Origin: Desulfomonilia bacterium
Lineage (GTDB): Bacteria > Desulfobacterota > Desulfomonilia > UBA1062
Direction of reading: 5' to 3'
Length of the DNA stretch: 64,000 nt
NCBI GenBank assembly: GCA_050014195.1
Contig: JBEKDT010000002.1
Coordinates: forward strand, 96,001 to 160,000
The notes beneath the pieces were generated by a model. That model ran no database searches. It saw nothing but the letters and a program-made list of their open reading frames with translations, and was not told the DNA's origin. Position numbers and translations under genes: made by a program. This document shows positions 58,751-64,000 of this stretch, one piece after another. Numbering within the stretch: position 1 is the stretch's first letter; each line of letters starts with the position of its first letter.

Positions 58751-59468
58751 GCAGGTTTGCCTGTTTGAGTCTTTGGGCAAGTGTTGTTATAATCTTGTTG
58801 GCGATCTCGGGGTTATCATTGAGGATACGTTCCAGACCGCCTTCCTGGACAGGGAGGACCTCAACGATACTCTTACCCATGGAACGGATGGTGGCACTTC
58901 TCGGTTCGTTCAGGATGAAGCTCATCTCGCCGAAATACTCGCCGGGTTTGGTGATGACACCGATACGGACACCCTTCTTGAGGACCTCGAGCCCGCCTTC
59001 GGTCTGGAATAACTTATAGATCTCGATCCCACTGGTGCCTTCTTCGATGATTATCTGGCCGTCATCATATTCCTTCAGGTCGAGATTGATAGTCTCGCTG
59101 TAGGGGATATTGGCTTCGGCAATAGATGTGGTCTGTTCGAGCTGAAGGAAGGCCGATCGCATAACCATAGCGGCTAGTGCCGGCTTGGCGTAGGCAATCT
59201 CGTCGATGAGTTCAGCTTCATAGGCGGCTACGCGTGATGTTTTGGTGGCCTTGGCTGTAGTGGTGTATGGGATGCCCCGGTAATAATTTTCCAGACCGAA
59301 GACATCCCTGTCCGACAGGATGCGGATAGGCTTGTCGAGCTGATAGATCTGCACTTCGCCCTGGAGTATCGCATAAAAGTACCGGCTCGGCTCGCCTTCA
59401 CGTACGATAACCTCGCCCGTCCTGTATTCACGGACCTCCACGGACTCAATAGGTTTTTCATCGAGCAT
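58737..59468 (-). CDS. tandem cyclic-nucleotide-binding domain protein
   Basis: Two cNMP domains: GEVI.REGE..FY.I..G.V..D.FG.E and G..II.EG..PGEYFGEMS....PRSATI; no HTH. Confidence 0.85.
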   Translation of the reverse strand: MLDEKPIESVEVREYRTGEVIVREGEPSRYFYAILQGEVQIYQLDKPIRILSDRDVFGLENYYRGIPYTTTAKATKTSRVAAYEAELIDEIAYAKPALAAMVMRSAFLQLEQTTSIAEANIPYSETINLDLKEYDDGQIIIEEGTSGIEIYKLFQTEGGLEVLKKGVRIGVITKPGEYFGEMSFILNEPRSATIRSMGKSIVEVLPVQEGGLERILNDNPEIANKIITTLAQRLKQANLLIVK

Positions 59469-59516
59469 ATCAGCCCTTTCGGCATCAGGGAGGGCAAACT
59501 TAAAGAATTACCTGAG

Positions 59517-60524
59517 CTATAATGACCAGTATTGTGAATGGGCCTTCATGATATCATCAAGTTCAGGAAAAGACTTTTCCTCGATCTTCGGTGCAGACCC
59601 CCCCTTCATGACATCGATCACGGCCTTAACGGAATCCCGCAATGCATCAAAATTATACCCCCCCTCAAGCGCATAGATAATAGGGGAATTCACGTCTTGA
59701 GCAGCATCCCGGATCAACCCGGCCAAAGCGCCGAAACCCTTGGAGCTGATCTCCATGCCTCCTATGGGGTCCATGGCATGAGCGTCGAACCCTGCAGAAA
59801 CGAGGATCAATCCTGGTTTGAAAGCCTTGATAATGGGAACCATTACACTTCGGTAAAGAGCGACCATCTCCCCGTCCCTCTTGCCGCCTCTTAAGGGACA
59901 GTTTACCGTATACCCTTGTGCACTTTTAGATCCTGTTTCGTTGAGTCTTCCTGTGCCGGGATAGAATGGATGCTGGTGAGATGAAAAATACAGGACATCT
60001 TTATTGCTATAAAAGCTTTCTTGGGTACCATTGCCGTGGTGTACATCAAAATCGATGATGATAACCCTGTCTACTCCGAATGCTCTAATGGCCTTATTGG
60101 CGGCAATGGCTACATTATTGAAAATGCAGAAACCCATAGCCTCATCAGGGGTGGCATGATGGCCGGGGGGGCGAATGCTTGCAAACCCGGAATCGATATC
60201 ACCCGACAATGCCATACGGACCAGCTCGATCACCGAGCCTGCAGCATAAAGCGCTGTTTCATAGGAATCCTGTGAACACACCGTGTCAGGGTCAAGATCA
60301 ACGTATCTATTGGACGAACATGAGCGCTTGACACTATCTATGTAAGATCGCTCATGGTTAAGCACAATGTCCTCAATGCTTGCCTGGACTGGGTCGATGA
60401 TTGCAATATCTGGGTCTTTGCCGGCGAAAAGTGTATGGATATAATGTATCCTCATGGGGGCCTCTGGATGGTACCCCCCTGTGTCATGACTCATGAAAAG
60501 TGGGTCCGAGACAACTCCTATCAT
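59517..60524 (-). CDS. histone deacetylase family (AcuC/AphA-like) Zn-dependent deacetylase
   Basis: HPE.P.R, RPPGHHA, GFCIFNN, DFDVHHGNGTQ, YPGTG, SAGFDAH..DP, LEGGY. Confidence 0.93.
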   Translation of the reverse strand: MIGVVSDPLFMSHDTGGYHPEAPMRIHYIHTLFAGKDPDIAIIDPVQASIEDIVLNHERSYIDSVKRSCSSNRYVDLDPDTVCSQDSYETALYAAGSVIELVRMALSGDIDSGFASIRPPGHHATPDEAMGFCIFNNVAIAANKAIRAFGVDRVIIIDFDVHHGNGTQESFYSNKDVLYFSSHQHPFYPGTGRLNETGSKSAQGYTVNCPLRGGKRDGEMVALYRSVMVPIIKAFKPGLILVSAGFDAHAMDPIGGMEISSKGFGALAGLIRDAAQDVNSPIIYALEGGYNFDALRDSVKAVIDVMKGGSAPKIEEKSFPELDDIMKAHSQYWSL

Positions 60525-60531
60525 GGTATCC

Positions 60532-60894
60532 CTAGACGATGATATCGAGTGAATAAGATGATGATTCGAGAACGGCTGGGTATGATACGGCTTGTTTGAA
60601 GTCCCGAGCCGTCTCTATACGGCCATAGGTCAGCTCATGAATTACCGATGCATAGGAGATCATAGGATCCATACCCAGTGTGGTGACCTCGGCCTTTTTC
60701 GATATGATCACCCGGGAAAGTGCTGCGGGAGGATTTGCTTTGCTAGGAATTGTTACGTCGATGCTCTTTGCGGATTTGGACTTTTCCGATTCCCCCCAGT
60801 CGACCTTTACATACTTGAACTTAACGAAGGGAAGCTCAATTGCAATCCCTTTCATAGTGGGATAGCGGAAAAATTGATCCTCGTAGGGCATCAT
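60532..60894 (-). CDS. hypothetical protein (120 aa)
   Basis: 7 nt upstream of the deacetylase in the same orientation; AAGGA near the start. Confidence 0.6.
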   Translation of the reverse strand: MMPYEDQFFRYPTMKGIAIELPFVKFKYVKVDWGESEKSKSAKSIDVTIPSKANPPAALSRVIISKKAEVTTLGMDPMISYASVIHELTYGRIETARDFKQAVSYPAVLESSSYSLDIIV

Positions 60895-61011
60895 CCTTTA
60901 GTATAAGCATCATGAAGCCTATTTGCAAGTGTTAATTCAATATAATCATATTGAACATAAAACGTTATGATGTTACCGTTATGTGTATCTCATCCTGAAG
61001 GAGGAACTGAT

Positions 61012-61746
61012 ATGAGGAGAGTTCTTAACTTGGCACTATGTCTTTGTGTATTTTCCCTATTACCACTGGCCCTGCTCGCTGAAGACTTCATGGCCGAGGG
61101 TAATGCACTCTTAGATAAGGGTAAGACGAGCTATGAGAGCTACAAACAGGCAGGTGACATGTTTGTAAAGGCCCTTGAGGCAGCCCCCAATAACTATGAG
61201 GCAGCCTGGAAGGCGTCTCGCTCATACAGGGAGTTTGCCAACGAATCCGAGAAACATAACACCCCAAACTGGAAGGCCACCTGTAAAGAATATGGCAAGA
61301 TGGGCATGAAATATGGTGAGAAGGCCATAGCACTCAATCCAAACGGTGTTGAGGGTAATTTCTGGTATGGGTGTTCAGTAGGTAATTATTCTGATAGCGT
61401 GAGCGTTCTTACAGCCTTAAAAGAAGGCCTGAAAAACAAGACCCAGAACAGCTTCGAAAAATCCTACCAGATTAATAAGATGTACACGGATGGCGGCCCC
61501 ATGAAGGCCTTGGGCCGCTTCTGGTTCGTCCTGCCCTGGCCCATGCAAGACAAAAAACTCTCGGTGAAGTATCTCAGGGAATTCCAGAAATCCTTCCCTA
61601 ACGACCCTGAGGGACAGGTGTTCTTGGCCGAGACCCTCATGAAAACCGGCGATAAAGACGAGGCTAAATCACTGCTTCAGAAGGCATCAATTTCCAACGA
61701 CAAGTACTTTGCCGATTGGGCGAAACGGCTTCTTGCAGAAATGTAA
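61012..61746 (+). CDS. secreted TPR-like helical-repeat protein
   Basis: AAGGAGG RBS; signal peptide; TPR-like A..LNP...EG.FWY, ALGRF...LPWP. Confidence 0.8.
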   Translation: MRRVLNLALCLCVFSLLPLALLAEDFMAEGNALLDKGKTSYESYKQAGDMFVKALEAAPNNYEAAWKASRSYREFANESEKHNTPNWKATCKEYGKMGMKYGEKAIALNPNGVEGNFWYGCSVGNYSDSVSVLTALKEGLKNKTQNSFEKSYQINKMYTDGGPMKALGRFWFVLPWPMQDKKLSVKYLREFQKSFPNDPEGQVFLAETLMKTGDKDEAKSLLQKASISNDKYFADWAKRLLAEM

Positions 61747-61770
61747 CAGTGCCTTTGAAAATATAAGATA

Positions 61771-61807
61771 AGGGCGCCCCTCTTACATGAGGGAGCGCCC
61801 TTTTTTT
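61771..61807 (+). terminator. intrinsic terminator
   Basis: AGGGCGCCCCTC-TTACAT-GAGGGAGCGCCCT followed by a T run. Confidence 0.8.
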
Positions 61808-61824
61808 CATATGGCCGGTATCAG

Positions 61825-62190
61825 TTATAGGTCAGTATCAAAAGCCGATCTGCTCAGGGCAAGAAGTGATGCCTGGTCGAGCTTCCTCATAGTGCTGATG
61901 AGCTTTTTAATCTCTCGGTTGTCCTGATCCACGAACTCGATGCCCATCCCCTTCTCGGGCTCACAGCGGACTACCTTACCTTCCACATCAATGACCCTTC
62001 CCACGTCAACCGCATCCAGGGTCATGCGTATGATATCGCCGCGTTCCAGGGTATGAGGAGTTTCAACGTATACACCTCCGATGCTGATGTTTCTCACCGT
62101 GCCCTTCAGAACTTTTCTGTTAGAGTCCTGGTACCTGGCCTCGATCTTCAAAGGTTTCCTGGTATACTGCCTTTTGTCTTTTACTTTCAT
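61825..62190 (-). CDS. PilZ domain protein (c-di-GMP binding)
   Basis: RxxxR (KRQYTR) and NxSxxG (NISIGG) motifs, GMGIEF. Confidence 0.9.
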   Translation of the reverse strand: MKVKDKRQYTRKPLKIEARYQDSNRKVLKGTVRNISIGGVYVETPHTLERGDIIRMTLDAVDVGRVIDVEGKVVRCEPEKGMGIEFVDQDNREIKKLISTMRKLDQASLLALSRSAFDTDL

Positions 62191-62409
62191 GCGTACACCT
62201 TTACCTGAATTCTATCATCACTTATGCTATTCGTCAGAACCCTTCCCATTCTTTAACAACATTTATTTATAAAAGAGTGACTAATGCAGTTTTTTCTCAT
62301 TTCTAAAATCTGCTGGATTCGGATCTCTCATGATCCTACAGCCCTTGACTCTGTTGGAATTGGACATACCATCTAGATTAGTACCAGATCACCCACGGGG
62401 GACAATGCC

Positions 62410-62865
62410 ATGAAAGTCAAAGATATCATGACAAGCAAGGTAATAGCACTGACAAAAGATATGGGTATTGTAGATGCTGCCAAGATCCTCATGGACAACC
62501 ACATCAACGGCGCCCCGGTACTGGATAAAAAGGGGAAGCTTGTGGGTATCCTCTGCAGGGATGATCTTATATCTCAGCAGAAAAAGCTGCCCCTGCCTTC
62601 TTTCTTTATCATACTTGACGGCATTATCCCCCTCATCTCTTCCAAGCACGTAGAAAGAGAGATGGCTAAGATTGCGGCTACAAATGTGGAACATGCAATG
62701 TCTATCAAGCCCGTCACCGTAACCCCCGATACCGACATAGAGGTAGTTGCAAGTCTCATGGTGGATAAAAAGATCCATACCATCCCGGTCATTGATTCAA
62801 ACGGCATCCTAGCGGGCGTTGTTGGGAAGGAAGATGTATTGAAAACCCTGATCCCCAAAAAATAG
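62410..62865 (+). CDS. CBS-pair domain protein
   Basis: VKDIMT, INGAPV.D..GKLVGI, V..AM...PVTV, IPV.D..G.L.G.V. Confidence 0.9.
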   Translation: MKVKDIMTSKVIALTKDMGIVDAAKILMDNHINGAPVLDKKGKLVGILCRDDLISQQKKLPLPSFFIILDGIIPLISSKHVEREMAKIAATNVEHAMSIKPVTVTPDTDIEVVASLMVDKKIHTIPVIDSNGILAGVVGKEDVLKTLIPKK

Positions 62866-62898
62866 ACGCCAGGCATCAATCGCCGGGTGTCTTAAGAA

Positions 62899-64000
62899 TC
62901 ATGCCCCTTCAACATAATCCCCATAGGCACTGTCGCTCCGCCTGAGACGTTTCTCAAAGTCCGTTCTTTGTTGTGCCGCCTCCTTCATGAGATGATATCC
63001 ATATTGTCTGTGAGAGACTTCAAGGGCTCTTACCGCTTCTTCAGGAGATACGAATAACGGTATTTTGTACTTGTTCCGGTAGAGAATAGTCTTTTCTGCT
63101 GCATTGGGAGTGTAGATGGCTGCAGGCTTGCCGTATTCATGGCACTTCTTCACAAGCTCCATGATGGCCTCGATGACCATTGGGTGCCACAGGCTGGGCA
63201 CAGGAAGGAGCCCGTCAACCTCTTCAGACGACAGGAGGATATCGAAGATCTCCAGAAAGGTTTGCATGGACAGCGCAGGTCCGAGATCTATCGGATTCGA
63301 AACATTAAAAATCCGGCCGGTCCTTGAAAGACGCTCCTGGGTTTCAGGAGACAGCTTGGCCATCTCAAGGCCTGCCTGGACGAGCAGGTCTGCCGTAATC
63401 CCGCCGAAGGCCCCGGAGTTTGTAAACATGGCAATCCTCTTGCCCTTCAAGGGCGGCATGTGGGTAAATATTTTGGGCAGTGAATGCAGCTCGGAAATGG
63501 AATCGACCCGGATGACACCTGATTGTTTGCAGGCATTCTCGAAGATAAGATCATTGTTCGCCATACCTGCGGTGTGCGACTGGGCAGCACGGACACCCTC
63601 GGTGGTCCTGCCCACCTTGAAGGCGAGTATGGGTTTGTGGACTTTTTTCGCAATCTCCATGAATTTACGGCCATCCTTGATATTCTCCAGGTACATGCAG
63701 ATGACTTTGGTCTTTTCATCGGTGTTGAGGTATTCGATCATGTCCGCCTCATCGATATCGCTCTTGTTGCCGATACTCACGACCTTTGCAGCCTTGACCA
63801 CCTCACTCATAAAGGACTCCAGCACGATCACCACAATCCCGCCGCTCTGGATAATATACGATATCTCACCGCTTTCCTGGATAAAGGTATCGAAGTTGTC
63901 CTTCTGTACACCGTAGAAGCAGCAGAACTTATTTTCGGTATTGAGCACACCCAGACAGTTGGGTCCCATAATGCGCATGCCGTAAGCACGCCTGATCTTA
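62899..64000 (-). CDS. acyl-CoA synthetase (NDP-forming) alpha-type / CoA-binding protein, 5' end outside the window
   Basis: RIMGPNCLG, QSGG, SIGNK.D, YLE...DGR.F, K.GRT..G.RAA.SHT (phospho-His), TNSG..G, NPIDL. Confidence 0.88.
   Translation of the reverse strand, partial: KIRRAYGMRIMGPNCLGVLNTENKFCCFYGVQKDNFDTFIQESGEISYIIQSGGIVVIVLESFMSEVVKAAKVVSIGNKSDIDEADMIEYLNTDEKTKVICMYLENIKDGRKFMEIAKKVHKPILAFKVGRTTEGVRAAQSHTAGMANNDLIFENACKQSGVIRVDSISELHSLPKIFTHMPPLKGKRIAMFTNSGAFGGITADLLVQAGLEMAKLSPETQERLSRTGRIFNVSNPIDLGPALSMQTFLEIFDILLSSEEVDGLLPVPSLWHPMVIEAIMELVKKCHEYGKPAAIYTPNAAEKTILYRNKYKIPLFVSPEEAVRALEVSHRQYGYHLMKEAAQQRTDFEKRLRRSDSAYGDYVEGA

Overview
Bacterial chromosomal window, mostly ~50-55% GC coding DNA with AT-rich patches. 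By inference from gene families it is an anaerobic Desulfobacterota/Deltaproteobacteria-type genome. No rRNA, tRNA, CRISPR array, transposase or integrase was recognised. Housekeeping genes: nadCAB, glgP, pth, uvrC, a PlsB-like acyltransferase, rlpA, eno, thiolase-hbd, tkt-tal-pgi, bfr, purMN, leuB. Other blocks: an AT-rich set of secreted/lipoprotein genes (~18.9-25.2 kb), a TIGR04282/TIGR04283-like transferase fusion cluster, minor pilins, and a signalling-rich right end. The top candidate for an undescribed system is at 50.5-54.0 kb. There a ZraS/ZraR-like sigma54 two-component system faces a consensus sigma54 promoter with twin palindromic enhancer sites. That promoter drives a ~147-nt ORF-less, terminator-ended transcript with anti-Shine-Dalgarno and AAN-rich tracts, i.e. 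a probable small RNA where zraP would be expected. Other leads: a nested multi-stem non-coding element with an inverted partial copy and a gene fragment upstream of glgP, a 58-aa 10-Cys desulforedoxin/metallothionein-like peptide divergent from an orphan ZnuA, a HAD/menorin-like fusion, unannotated small ORFs, three short-repeat families, and a frameshifted flavoprotein pseudogene. Family assignments are from motif recognition by eye; no database search was run.
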